Source of the DNA: an uncultured Gemmatimonadales bacterium
GTDB taxonomy: Bacteria > Gemmatimonadota > Gemmatimonadetes > Longimicrobiales > RSA9
Reading direction: 5' to 3'
Length of the DNA stretch: 64,000 nt
Assembly: GCA_963708135.1 (NCBI GenBank)
Contig: OY970192.1
Location: forward strand, 1,248,001-1,312,000
The position numbers and the translations under genes are program-made. The number at the start of each line of letters is the position of its first letter. Within the stretch, counting starts at the first letter, position 1. Positions 1 to 9,298 of the stretch are shown in pieces. The notes beneath the pieces are model-generated. The model was not told where the DNA came from and did not search any database. It saw only the letters and a list, made by a program, of their open reading frames with translations.

Positions 1-352
1 TCGTCGGCGCCAGCCGGAACGCGGCCCGCAGCCGGCCCAGCGTCCCGTCCGTCGAGCCATCGTTGATCACGATGATCTCGTACTCCGGGTAGCGCATGTC
101 GAGCACCGAGCGGACCGACTCGACGCAGTTCCCTTCCTCGTTGTAGGCCGGGATCAGGATGGTCACCGGCGGCGCGCCCGCGGTCCGCACCAGCTCGTCA
201 ACATCCACCGAGTTCAGGCGGCGCGCATAGCGGCGCAGCGCCCGGAACGCGAAGATGCTCGTGCCCAGGTAGAACGTGTTGAGCACGACGAAGTAGCCCA
301 GCAGGAGCAGGTTGAAGCCGATCAGGACCGCAATTCCGAATTGTACCCACAT
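1..352 (-). CDS. Glycosyltransferase family 2, membrane-bound (N-terminal part; truncated by window edge)
   Basis: Manual translation (not in ORF track): [30 protein letters not shown]...[13 protein letters not shown]...[18 protein letters not shown]-terminal TM helix plus GT2 motifs IPAYNE and DGSTD; ATG 4 nt after the HEAT gene stop. Confidence 0.9.
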   Translation of the reverse strand, partial: MWVQFGIAVLIGFNLLLLGYFVVLNTFYLGTSIFAFRALRRYARRLNSVDVDELVRTAGAPPVTILIPAYNEEGNCVESVRSVLDMRYPEYEIIVINDGSTDGTLGRLRAAFRLAPT

Positions 353-355
353 AGG

Positions 356-1420
356 CTACTCCGCGAGGACCTGCAGGGCCACGTCCGAGGAGACCGTGCC
401 CGCGTGAATGGCATTGCGCAGGTACTGCATCTCGCCGTGGGCGCGAAGCCCGCGGGCGGCGTGCAGCGCGACCCAGGGTGAGGGGTCGCGGAGCGCGAGC
501 TTGAGCCGGGCCACGTCTTCCTCGCCCCCCAGCTGGCCGAGCGTGGCGATCGCCTGGGCGCGTACGGCGAAATCCGCCGAGCCGGCCAGCACCCGCACCG
601 GCTCCAGGTAAGTCGCCCCCGCGCCGGAGCGGACCAGCCGGAGCGCCGCCGACAGCAGGTCGGCGTCCGTTTCCCTGCCCAGGATCTCCGCTGCGTCCGC
701 CAGCGCCTCCCGGTCCCCCATCCGTGCCAGCGCATCGGCGCACACCGCCCGCGTCTGCGCCGCCAGCAGCGTGTCGCGCAGGGCCGCCCGGATCAATGAC
801 GCCGCCCCCGGGCCCATCGAGACCAGCATCGAGATCAGGAACTTCGGGCTCCACTCCTCGAACCGGTCCAGCCGCGCCATCACCGCCGCCGCGTGCCCCG
901 GCCGCCCGGACGCCGCCAGGTTCCGCGCCGCGATCATGGACACCAGCGGAGAGGGATCGTCCAGCGCCTCCACGATCGCCGCGCCGCTGCGCTCCATGTC
1001 GAGCAGCGCCACGGTCTGGACCGCGCGGGCCCGCCGCTCCGGGTCGCCGCCTTTCATGCGCCGCGTGATCGGCGCCAGGTAGGGCGCGGCCAGGCGCGGC
1101 AGCACCTGGCGCATCGCCAGGTCCGCGTTCAGCGCCGCCTTGTAGAGGAAGTCCACGAAGTACAGCTCCTCGCCCCTGCCGACCCGCCCGAGCAGCGTCT
1201 CCTCGGGCGTGAGCCCCGCGGCCACCTCGGGCAGGAGCACCTCCCACTTCTCCTCGAGCGTCTCCCATCGCCGCGCCGTGCGGATGTTGCGCAGCCGGAG
1301 CAGGATCGCCCACAGCGCGAACACGATCGTGAGCACGATCAGCCCGACCAGCACCACGACCAGCGCGAGCAGCTTCCAGTTGCCCGCCACCGTCTGCCAA
1401 ACCGTCGTCAGTCCATTCAC
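356..1420 (-). CDS. Membrane-anchored HEAT-repeat protein
   Basis: GTG at 1420 with GAGGAG RBS; N-terminal TM helix; HEAT-like repeats (ALDDPSPLVSMIAARNL, ALRDPSPWVALHAARGL); coupled to GT2. Confidence 0.85.
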   Translation of the reverse strand: MNGLTTVWQTVAGNWKLLALVVVLVGLIVLTIVFALWAILLRLRNIRTARRWETLEEKWEVLLPEVAAGLTPEETLLGRVGRGEELYFVDFLYKAALNADLAMRQVLPRLAAPYLAPITRRMKGGDPERRARAVQTVALLDMERSGAAIVEALDDPSPLVSMIAARNLAASGRPGHAAAVMARLDRFEEWSPKFLISMLVSMGPGAASLIRAALRDTLLAAQTRAVCADALARMGDREALADAAEILGRETDADLLSAALRLVRSGAGATYLEPVRVLAGSADFAVRAQAIATLGQLGGEEDVARLKLALRDPSPWVALHAARGLRAHGEMQYLRNAIHAGTVSSDVALQVLAE

Positions 1421-1649
1421 GTGCGCGTGCTCCTCACGGGTGTTCGGCGCGGAACCGCGTTGCCTGGTCTCGCCGCAGGGCCGCACCGACGCGGTGCATT
1501 CTGGCTGTTCCGGGGGAAGACCTGTTCTCGCGTTCGGCGCGGTCAAGGGCAAGCGGCAGGCCAAAACCCGCACTCCGCCCCCCGGCGGGCGCAAACCCGG
1601 CGTTCGCGGCCGTTTCCGGGCGGGGTGGAGCCGGCCCGGTGAGGCCTGC

Positions 1650-1785
1650 GCTGTAACGACGCGTTACAGCCGGCGTGTAACGAAACCCGCGCCCGACGCC
1701 GGGCGGCGGAGGGCGTCGGAGCCCGTAAGTGCTAGATTGTATCGGACATTGCACTTATTTCCCCTCGTGGCACGCTTCCTTCACC
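1650..1785 (+). promoter_or_regulatory. Putative enhancer pair + AT-rich inverted repeat + degenerate sigma54-like promoter
   Basis: Perfect palindrome GCTGTAACG-acg-CGTTACAGC (1650-1670); second TGTAACG at 1676; TAAGTGC-N18-GCACTTA (1726-1757); TGGCACG at 1768 with a non-consensus -12 (CTTC). Confidence 0.45.
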
Positions 1786-1859
1786 ATGGCCCCCCGCTCG
1801 TCCCGCCGCTGCCGTTGCGGCGACCGACTGCGTGATGAGGCGAAAGGTTGGCGTGACGT

Positions 1860-2759
1860 ATGGGGACCAGGCGCACGGAGCAGGGATTGGTCTCGGAGGC
1901 CGGGCTCGCCGCCGCGCAGGCCCGCTGGACGCTCCAGCCGGTTCGCGGCTGCGGCCCCGCCGTCGTGATCCGCTCCGCGCACGCGCCGCTGCCCGCCCCC
2001 GTGTACCGCTGGCTGCGCACCCGCGGCGCCGTGGCGTACCGCTCCGCGGGCGCCGTGGGGGCCGAGGCGCTGGATGCCCTTGGGACGGGCGGCTTCGTGC
2101 TGTTCCACGCCGATCCCTACGACCTGCCCGACGTGCTCGATGACGTGGCGGCGCTGCGCCGGGCCGGACACGTGGGCGCGATCGTGGCGCTCGTGGAAGT
2201 CGGCGGCGTGCGGACCACCACCTCGATCGAGCTGATCCGCGCCGGCGTGGACGAGGTGCTGCTCACGGACATGGCGGTGGCCGAGATCGCCTCGCGCATC
2301 GAGCTCGCCAGCCAGTACGCGGTCCTTCGGCCCGGGCGGCCGAGCACCCGGCCCGCCCTGTTCTGGACCCAGCCGCGGGACCCGCGTGGCGAGCTCCGGC
2401 TGCTCACGGCGGCCGAGATGCGCGAGATCCTGCTCGCCCGGCTGCGCCGGCCCGCCTACTCCGATTTCGTCTTCGTGGTGCTGCGGCTCGGCGATGCGTA
2501 CCTGGACGGGAGCTGGAGAGCGCTGCGCGGCCGCATGCGGATCGGCGAGGGCGACCTGGTGGCGCGCCTCGAGGACCGCGTGCTCGGGCTGCTCTTCGAG
2601 TCCGTGCCCGAGGCCAGCGGCGGAGAGGTGCTGGCGCGCGTGCTCGGGCTGCACCCGGCGGGAGAGGCGGCGGACCGGGTGACGATCTTCCGCTCGCCGG
2701 AGGATCGGCTGGTCCTGCTGGAGTGGATCCTGAGCGCGGGCCCCGCCGAGCCCGGCTGA
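1860..2759 (+). CDS. Hypothetical signalling protein: pseudo-receiver-like region + degenerate GGDEF-like C-terminus
   Basis: ELIRAGVDEVLLTDMAVAEIASRIE resembles the C-terminal half of a REC domain without the conserved Lys; GDLVARLEDRVLGLLF aligns with D-x-x-AR-x-GGDEF-x-L-L but the catalytic motif is lost. Confidence 0.55.
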   Translation: MGTRRTEQGLVSEAGLAAAQARWTLQPVRGCGPAVVIRSAHAPLPAPVYRWLRTRGAVAYRSAGAVGAEALDALGTGGFVLFHADPYDLPDVLDDVAALRRAGHVGAIVALVEVGGVRTTTSIELIRAGVDEVLLTDMAVAEIASRIELASQYAVLRPGRPSTRPALFWTQPRDPRGELRLLTAAEMREILLARLRRPAYSDFVFVVLRLGDAYLDGSWRALRGRMRIGEGDLVARLEDRVLGLLFESVPEASGGEVLARVLGLHPAGEAADRVTIFRSPEDRLVLLEWILSAGPAEPG

Positions 2760-2773
2760 GAGCGATCCCGATC

Positions 2774-3757
2774 ATGCCGCCGCTCAGCCCCGACGTGGGG
2801 CCCGACCCGATCGACCGGGATGACGCGCAGTCCGCGCGCGAGGGACTGTACTGGATCCTGTTCCAGGCGGCGCCGTCGGGGGTGTTCCGGGCGTCGGAGT
2901 CCGGACGGATCCTCGAGGCGAACGCGGAGCTGAGGGCGCTGCTCGGCTCCGACCCGCGCTCCGACCTCGAGCTGACGCTGGCCGGGCTGTGCGTGAAGGC
3001 GGACGACTGGGAGGCCATGCGGACCCAGCTCGAGCAGACCGGCGCGGTGCGCGCGTACCGCTTCGAGGCCTGTCGCCTGGACGGCTCGCCGTTCTGGGCC
3101 GAGCTCTCGCTGACCGCCGTTTCGCTCGGCGGCGAGCCCGTGCTGATCGGCAGCCTGACCGACGTCTCCGGCTGGAAGGCCCGCGAGGAGGAGCTGCTCC
3201 GGACCGCGCTGCGCGACCCGCTCACGGGCCTCGCCAACCGGCTGCTCTTCAACGACCGGGTCGAGCACGGGCTGCGCCGCGTGCGCCGGGAGCCGAGTGC
3301 GGTGTTCGGGGTGCTGTTCCTCGACATCGACGACTTCAAGCGCGTGAACGATAGCTTCGGCCACCGCGTGGGCGACGAGCTGCTCATCGCCTTCGGGCGC
3401 CGGATCCAGGCATCCGTCCGGCCGCAGGACACCGTCTCCCGCCTCGGCGGCGACGAGTTCGCGATCCTGCTGGCCGACATCTCGACCGCCGACGACGCCA
3501 GCGTCGTGGCCGAGCGCATCCGGGCCGCCCTCGCCCAGCCGTTCGTGGTCGGAGGCAACCGCATGCACCTGAGCGCCAGTATCGGGATCACCCTGTGCAA
3601 CGCCGGCGGCGCCGGCGCGGCCGACCTGCTGGAGGTCGCCGACCGCGCCATGTACGCGGTGAAGAGCGCCGGCGGCAATGCATACAGGGTGCTGTTCGCG
3701 GAGGACCGTCCGCCGGGCGGAGCCGGAGGAGGGGGAGTATCCGCACACGAAGAATGA
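2774..3757 (+). CDS. PAS-GGDEF diguanylate cyclase
   Basis: PAS-like N-terminus (GRILEAN...DGSPFW), DPLTGLANR, FLDIDDFKRVNDSFGHRVGD, intact GGDEF with RPQD I-site five residues upstream. Confidence 0.95.
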   Translation: MPPLSPDVGPDPIDRDDAQSAREGLYWILFQAAPSGVFRASESGRILEANAELRALLGSDPRSDLELTLAGLCVKADDWEAMRTQLEQTGAVRAYRFEACRLDGSPFWAELSLTAVSLGGEPVLIGSLTDVSGWKAREEELLRTALRDPLTGLANRLLFNDRVEHGLRRVRREPSAVFGVLFLDIDDFKRVNDSFGHRVGDELLIAFGRRIQASVRPQDTVSRLGGDEFAILLADISTADDASVVAERIRAALAQPFVVGGNRMHLSASIGITLCNAGGAGAADLLEVADRAMYAVKSAGGNAYRVLFAEDRPPGGAGGGGVSAHEE

Positions 3758-3764
3758 GGCCGCC

Positions 3765-5423
3765 ATGGACATCCGCACTCAGCCGCCGTCGGGATCGAGT
3801 GACCTGACGCGGCGAGCTCTCGCCGCCACGGTCGCCACGCTGCACCGCTCAGCCGCCCGCATGGATGCGCTGGCCGGTCGGCTCCACCGAACGAGCGTCC
3901 ACCTGACCGTGCCCCGGCACCGGATCGGGCGGACGCTTCGCCACGCCTGGTGGCGCTATGCGCGTGTGCCGGATGCGCTGCTGCTGCCCACCCTCTACCG
4001 CCTCGCCCGGGCCCTCGAGCGCGGCGGCGGACCCGCGCCCGCGCGCTCCGGACGACGCCCCCACGCCACCACCACCACGCCGGAGGCGCACCCCGGCGGC
4101 CACCTCGTGCTCTGGCTGTTCCTCACCGGCGCGCTGGCCGTCGTCGGCGTGGTGGACGTCCGGCTCCTGGCCAGCGTGCTCCCGGGCTTCGCCCGCGAGG
4201 CGCTCCCCAGCTCGATGGGGACCTGGGCGGCACGACCCGAGCTGCCCGCCGTCGCGCTCGTCCTGCCCGCCCTGGCGGGTGTGCTCGGAATCCTCACGGC
4301 CGCGCTCGACCGCTACAACGACGACTCGCTCGCCGTCGGCCTCGTGCGCCTCGTGCCGCTGCTGCTGCTCGTCGCACTCATGGCGGTCCACGGCGGCGCG
4401 GTCGCGCTCTGGATCGGCGACCACGCCCTGCTCGATGCGCTGCACCTCCCCCCCACAGGACCGCTCCGGCCCACGGTCGAGTACGCGGCACCCGCGCTGG
4501 CGGCGATGGTGCCGATGCTCGTCATGGGCTTCGCCTACGGCGCGCTGCGGGCGTTCCTGGCCTTCGTCTCCGATGCCCCGTCGGCCGTCCGCGCGCCGCG
4601 GCTCGACGGCCTGGATCCCGCCGAGACCGAGTTGCTCGACGCGCTGCGCGCGACGCTTGCCGCCCGCGGCTACACCTCCGTCCATCGCTGGGGGGAGGCC
4701 GATCCGCACCGCGGCGGCGCCTGGTCCACGCCGGCCGCCGAGCCGCCGGAGGACCGGCCCGCGTGGCCCGTCCAGGCGTGGGTCCACGCCGTTCCGCAGC
4801 TCGCGATCCAGCTGCTGCTCGCCGCCCTCGGAGCGGGCGCCGTCTTCATCGTCGCCGCCACGCTGTCGGGCTCTTTCGCGAGCCGCGTCGCCGCCGGCGG
4901 CCTGGCGCGGCTCGTTCCCTGGGCCGTCGCGCTGGCGACGTACCTCGCCACGTTCGTCGCCGGCGATGCCCGCTGGTCATCCCAGAGCGCCGTCGTCGCC
5001 GCGCTCGGGCTGCGGGAGGGCCGCGGCCGGGGCGTGGTCGGCGGGGTGGCGCTGCTGCTGGCCACCGTCGGCTGGGCCGTCTTCGCCTGGGCGACCCTCA
5101 CGGTCCGGCCGCTGGGGCCCTCGATCCCCGTGGCCATCGCCGTCGCCGTGCTGGTGATCCTGACCGGCGTGCTCTCCGCGCTCCGGCTCGATCGGGCGCT
5201 CGCCTCGGTGCTGTGGCTCGCGGCATCGCTCCCCATCGCGCTCCTCTGGGCGGCTGCGGCCGCTCCGGCCGTGGTCGTGGCCGCCGGCGCCGGCCTGGTC
5301 CTGGTCGTGCGCTCCATCGTGACGGTCATCGGCTGGCCCGTGCGCCTGCTCGCCGGCCTGCTCGGCGTTCCCCTCGACGCCGCCGCAACTCAGGCCCTGG
5401 AGGTCCCGCCGGCCGGCCCCTGA
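3765..5423 (+). CDS. Hypothetical multi-pass membrane protein
   Basis: ATG 7 nt after DGC stop with GAGG; two clusters of hydrophobic helices separated by a polar loop; no recognised motif. Confidence 0.7.
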   Translation: MDIRTQPPSGSSDLTRRALAATVATLHRSAARMDALAGRLHRTSVHLTVPRHRIGRTLRHAWWRYARVPDALLLPTLYRLARALERGGGPAPARSGRRPHATTTTPEAHPGGHLVLWLFLTGALAVVGVVDVRLLASVLPGFAREALPSSMGTWAARPELPAVALVLPALAGVLGILTAALDRYNDDSLAVGLVRLVPLLLLVALMAVHGGAVALWIGDHALLDALHLPPTGPLRPTVEYAAPALAAMVPMLVMGFAYGALRAFLAFVSDAPSAVRAPRLDGLDPAETELLDALRATLAARGYTSVHRWGEADPHRGGAWSTPAAEPPEDRPAWPVQAWVHAVPQLAIQLLLAALGAGAVFIVAATLSGSFASRVAAGGLARLVPWAVALATYLATFVAGDARWSSQSAVVAALGLREGRGRGVVGGVALLLATVGWAVFAWATLTVRPLGPSIPVAIAVAVLVILTGVLSALRLDRALASVLWLAASLPIALLWAAAAAPAVVVAAGAGLVLVVRSIVTVIGWPVRLLAGLLGVPLDAAATQALEVPPAGP

Positions 5424-5554
5424 GCCGTCGGCGCCGCACCACCCCGTCTCCGCCGCCCCCGCCTCTTGCGCGCGGGGGCGGGCCGCGCCACACTGTTCCC
5501 TCATACAAACAATCCGTCCGGCACGATGGCGTGCCCACAGCCGGAGCATACGCG

Positions 5555-6316
5555 ATGCGCGACTGGCGCCAGCAGGTGGCCTCGGCCCCACGAGGGACCG
5601 GTGCAGGCGAGTCTCGCGGCGGAGCCACGCGGCCCGAGTCCGGCCGCCCGCGCGCTGCCGCGCTCTGGGACAGCGTCACGTCGCTCGAAGCGAGCGGTGC
5701 CTCCGAGCGCGGCCGCAACCGCGCCCGGCGCCTCGCGGAGGCCGGCGACCTGCTGGCCCGCGCCGGCCTGCCGGGTGCCGCGGCGGTGCGCTACGGTGTG
5801 GCGATCGACTGCTACCTCGAGGCGGGCTACTTCAGCTTCGCGCAGCGGCTCTGCATGCGGTTGCTCGAGGCGGCGCCCAGGGTGGTTCGGGCTCGCGCCA
5901 CCCTGATCCTCATCATGATCGGCCGGGGCTCGCGCACGGAGGCGGAGGCGCTCCTCCGTGAATACGCCGACGCCAGCCGCGAGGCGGGCGACGTCGCGTT
6001 CGCGCTGCGCCGTCTCTGCCTGATCGCCCAGGTGGTCGCCGACCCCGCCCTGCGCGACGCCATCCTCGGCCATCTCGACCGGCTGCGCGAGAATGCCCGG
6101 ATCGAGCCCAACCCCTGCCTGCGCTGCGGCGCCCTGTGCCAGCGCGCCGAGACGCGCTCTGCGGCGCCGGGCGTCTACTGGGAGCGCCTCGTCAACATCG
6201 GCGTGCGCGGGCCCCGCGAGCTCGCCGCCGCCACGCCGAACTGGGACGCCGCGGCGCGTCTGAGCCCCGGCAGCCTCGCCGCCTGGGCGGCCCTCGGCCC
6301 CGCCTCCCACGCCTGA
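5555..6316 (+). CDS. Hypothetical helical (TPR-like) protein
   Basis: ATG with GGAG RBS; TPR-like helices (LAEAGDLLARAG...AAVRYGVAIDCYLEAG); contains CLRCGALC. Confidence 0.6.
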   Translation: MRDWRQQVASAPRGTGAGESRGGATRPESGRPRAAALWDSVTSLEASGASERGRNRARRLAEAGDLLARAGLPGAAAVRYGVAIDCYLEAGYFSFAQRLCMRLLEAAPRVVRARATLILIMIGRGSRTEAEALLREYADASREAGDVAFALRRLCLIAQVVADPALRDAILGHLDRLRENARIEPNPCLRCGALCQRAETRSAAPGVYWERLVNIGVRGPRELAAATPNWDAAARLSPGSLAAWAALGPASHA

Positions 6317-6359
6317 AGCCGCGTCGGCCTCCGCCCCTGCGGCGGCACCGTCAGACGAG

Positions 6360-6397
6360 ACGAAGCCCTCCGCGCTCACGAGCGCGGAGGGCTTCGT
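6360..6397. terminator. Bidirectional hairpin terminator
   Basis: Perfect inverted repeat ACGAAGCCCTCCGCGCTC-ac-GAGCGCGGAGGGCTTCGT between convergent genes. Confidence 0.75.
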
Positions 6398-6460
6398 TCC
6401 GTCCGGCAGGGCCGGGTGCGGCACCCGCCGGACCGGCCGGCGGGCGTCGGAGAGGGGAGC

Positions 6461-6553
6461 CTACTTCAGAACCTCGAAGATGGCTACGAGAACGATGAAC
6501 GTCGCCACGGACCACGTCACGACACGGACCCAGTTCGTCTTCTTCTCGCTCAT
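6461..6553 (-). CDS. 30-aa single-TM small protein
   Basis: MSEKKTNWVRVVTWSVATFIVLVAIFEVLK; GAAGGGGA RBS; own promoter upstream and terminator downstream. Confidence 0.65.
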   Translation of the reverse strand: MSEKKTNWVRVVTWSVATFIVLVAIFEVLK

Positions 6554-6679
6554 ACCGTCCCCTTCGCTCGGGTGACGAGAATGCGAGGGCTTCGTTGCCC
6601 TCGCGGCTGGTACCACCGGCCGACGGTGATTTCGAATTTTTTTCTGAAGAGTGCGGCGGCGTGGGCGCCCCGCCACACC

Positions 6680-6708
6680 ATTATGCGATGCGACGGCGCG
6701 AGGTGCAA
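6680..6708 (-). promoter_or_regulatory. sigma70-like promoter for the 30-aa protein
   Basis: TTGCAC-N17-CATAAT on the minus strand. Confidence 0.55.
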
Positions 6709-6825
6709 CATTGGCGATTGTTCCTTTTTGAGAGTGCGGCATCGGGGGCCGGCCGGTGGAGGCGCCGCGCCGCGCCTCCACCGACGGGGGGGGACCGGAC
6801 GTGGCGTCCGGCCCCCGTGGAGCGG

Positions 6826-7671
6826 TCAGTGCCCCGGTACGATCCGGATCGGCTCGAGGTTCAGGCAGAACGGCGTGCCATCATACGTGCCGGTCAGGGA
6901 CAGCCCCGTCGTCGCCGCCGTCAGGTCGTTGTCGGTGAGCATCGCGGGCTGGCTGAACTTGACCGCGAGATCGAGGATCCCGTCCACGCCCGACCCGTTG
7001 TCCACATCCTCGTAGCTGAAGAACAGCGTGCCGTTGTTCTTCGTGTCCACCGCCGTGCCCGCGCCGCCGTCGTTCCCCACCAGCCGGAGCGACGCGACAT
7101 CGACCTTGGTGACATCGAAGTACAGGGAGCCGAAGATCGCGACCGGGATCTCGGCGCTGGTCGGGTCCGTCAGGCCCATCGGATCGATGTCGCTGCCGTT
7201 GCCCGGCTTCACGTCCCACGCCACGTCCACGCAGCTCTGGATCGTGAGGAGCGGCACGCACGCGGACCACGCGCTGTTGTTGAGGTCGTTGTTGTCCGGG
7301 CCCGTCGGCGCGTTCGCCCTGACCTTCACGCAGTAGCCCGTCAGGTCGGAGATCCCCGAAATGTCGCGCGTGAGGCTCAGCGCCGCCGTGTTCGGCCCCG
7401 CGGCGATCGCCGTATGCCCCGACGGCACCTCGAACACCACGTTGTAGTCGACGGCGCCCAATACCGCGTCCCACGTCACCGTGAGCTCGCTGCCGGAGAC
7501 GCCCACCTGGATGTTGCCGGGAGGCGTCAGGTCGGTCGGTCCGCTCTGGACGTGGACGCCCTTGCTGAGCTCCGGCCTCAGGGCCGGACCCGTTGCGGGT
7601 GCGGGATCGCAGCCCGCGAGGATGGCTGCCGCGCCCACGGCGCACAGCGCACCTCGGAGTACGTGCTTCAT
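6826..7671 (-). CDS. Lipoprotein with FN3-like beta domain and acidic C-terminal domain
   Basis: Lipobox LAGC; LTVTWDAV..A..Y..V...Y.VKVRAN is FN3-like; C-terminal DVKPG...IPVAIFGS...FDVTKVD...EDVDNG...DGILDL resembles a Ca-binding surface domain. Confidence 0.75.
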   Translation of the reverse strand: MKHVLRGALCAVGAAAILAGCDPAPATGPALRPELSKGVHVQSGPTDLTPPGNIQVGVSGSELTVTWDAVLGAVDYNVVFEVPSGHTAIAAGPNTAALSLTRDISGISDLTGYCVKVRANAPTGPDNNDLNNSAWSACVPLLTIQSCVDVAWDVKPGNGSDIDPMGLTDPTSAEIPVAIFGSLYFDVTKVDVASLRLVGNDGGAGTAVDTKNNGTLFFSYEDVDNGSGVDGILDLAVKFSQPAMLTDNDLTAATTGLSLTGTYDGTPFCLNLEPIRIVPGH

Positions 7672-7982
7672 GCTCTCTCTCCTTCCAACGCGTTTGCCGG
7701 AAATCGTTCCGGCATCGCCTTCTTCGGCAGCCCGACGGTCTCGGCCTCGAGACTCGCGGCTTTGCGGACCGGCCTCGCGGCCGGGGTGCCATTCTCGGAA
7801 GGAGCCTGGGTGCACCGGAATGCTCGGTACGCACCAAATCGGGCGCGCTCAGACCCGAGCGATCGGCGGCCGCCTACGGGAGACGGTGCCGACGGGCCGA
7901 GCGCCCCGGAGAGAGAGGAGGCGGGAATCGACGCATCGGTCGTGTGACTATCCGGCGGGGGCGCATATTACAGGAAGCGGGC

Positions 7983-8100
7983 CGCAATCGGCCCGCCGCG
8001 CAACCACTTGTTATCATTGAAGTTGACCAACATCGGGAGGGTCGCGAGGGAGGGCCGCTGTAACGAAACGTTCGGCCGCGCTGCAACGACTCGTTCCGCT
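7983..8100 (-). promoter_or_regulatory. Putative enhancer pair + AT-rich segment + sigma54-like promoter for the lipoprotein
   Basis: GCTGTAACG-aaa-CGTT (8057) and GCTGCAACG-act-CGTT (8080); AT-rich 8002-8027; minus-strand GGCGGGCCGATTGC (GG-N10-GC) at about 7984-7997. Confidence 0.4.
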
Positions 8101-8131
8101 CCGCCGTCACGGGCCGTGCCGGCGACCCGCT

Positions 8132-9011
8132 TCAGCTCCCGCCGGCGACGACGGTGCCGTTCACGCTCGCCGGCGCCACGCGGACGCAGTTCCTGCCGTC
8201 GGCCTTGGCACGGTAGAGGGCATCGTCGGCAACGGCGAGCAGCTCATCGACCGAGTGGATGCCGCCCGAGAAGGCCGCCACGCCGGCGCTCACGCTCAGC
8301 CCGTCGCCGTTGTGGTGGCGCGCCGCGAGCCGCTCGCGCACGCGCTCAACGAACACGAGGGCACCCTCCACGTTGGCGGAGGACACGACCGACAGGAACT
8401 CCTCGCCGCCGTAGCGGGCGGAGAGATTCATCTTGCGCGTCGTCGCGGCGAGCACCTCCGCGAACGTCTGCAGCGCGGCGTCGCCGGCCGCGTGGCCGCG
8501 CGCATCGTTGTACGCCTTGAAGTGGTCGAGGTCGAAGAGCACCAGCACGAGCGCCCGGCCGCGTCGCGCCGCCTCGAACTCCTTTTCCAGGAACAGCCGT
8601 GCGTAGCGACGGTTGGGCAGCCCCGTCAGCTCGTCCGTGAACGCCAGCCGCTGGGCGTCCTCGCGGGCCCGATGCAGGAGCTCCGCCACCCAGCCGATGC
8701 TCAGCGAAAGGGTTACGTAGAGCGTCACCAGCGTGAGCAGCATCGGTCCGCTGGCCACGTGCCGGCCGAGGATCGCGCACACCGCCTGCGTGATCGAGAG
8801 GACCGCCATGCCGGCCGCGAGCGCCGTCGCCGCGCCGATCCAGCCGCGGTAGTAGGAAAGCAGGAACGCGGGAACGAGCGGCGAGAGCCAGAGCAGGAGC
8901 TCGTACTCGCTCGGCCCGTTGTGGAAGGCCGTGGCATGAGCCACCGGCAGGGCCAGCGCGGCCAGCGAGAATGACCAGCGCGCGGACCGGTACGGTTCGC
9001 CGTGGGAGCAT
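8132..9011 (-). pseudogene. Membrane diguanylate cyclase (GGEEF) with apparent 1-nt frameshift near 8970
   Basis: ATG 9011 (AAGAGGG RBS) reads MLPRRTVPVRALVI; the hydrophobic continuation SLAALALPVAHATAF...TDELTGLPNRR...SARYGGEEF is in the next frame. Could be a sequencing error or an intact gene starting at GTG 8944. Confidence 0.7.
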
Positions 9012-9298
9012 GGGCAGCGCTGCCCTCTTCAGTTGTGAAGCGATCGGATCCCGAGCCATCGACGACGCCACGCGGCCGGCACCAGCAACCGCCCCGATCG
9101 GCCGTCGAATCGAGAAAATCTAGGGCAATCGCCTGTCCGCGCGCAAGATTGGCGACGGGCGCAGGGGCGCGCGAACGCCGCCCACCGGCAGGCCACGCTG
9201 ATCATTGCCCTTGACCCGGAGCGCGCGGCAACACAAATTTTGCCAAAATATCTGCAAACGGATCGGCGATGATGCCACGATCGAACGGCGGCGCAGCA

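Noticed and set aside
9100..9260. c-di-GMP riboswitch upstream of the pilin
   Set aside because: AGGGCAAT resembles the start, but the GNRA/receptor and GCAAAG elements are not recognisable.
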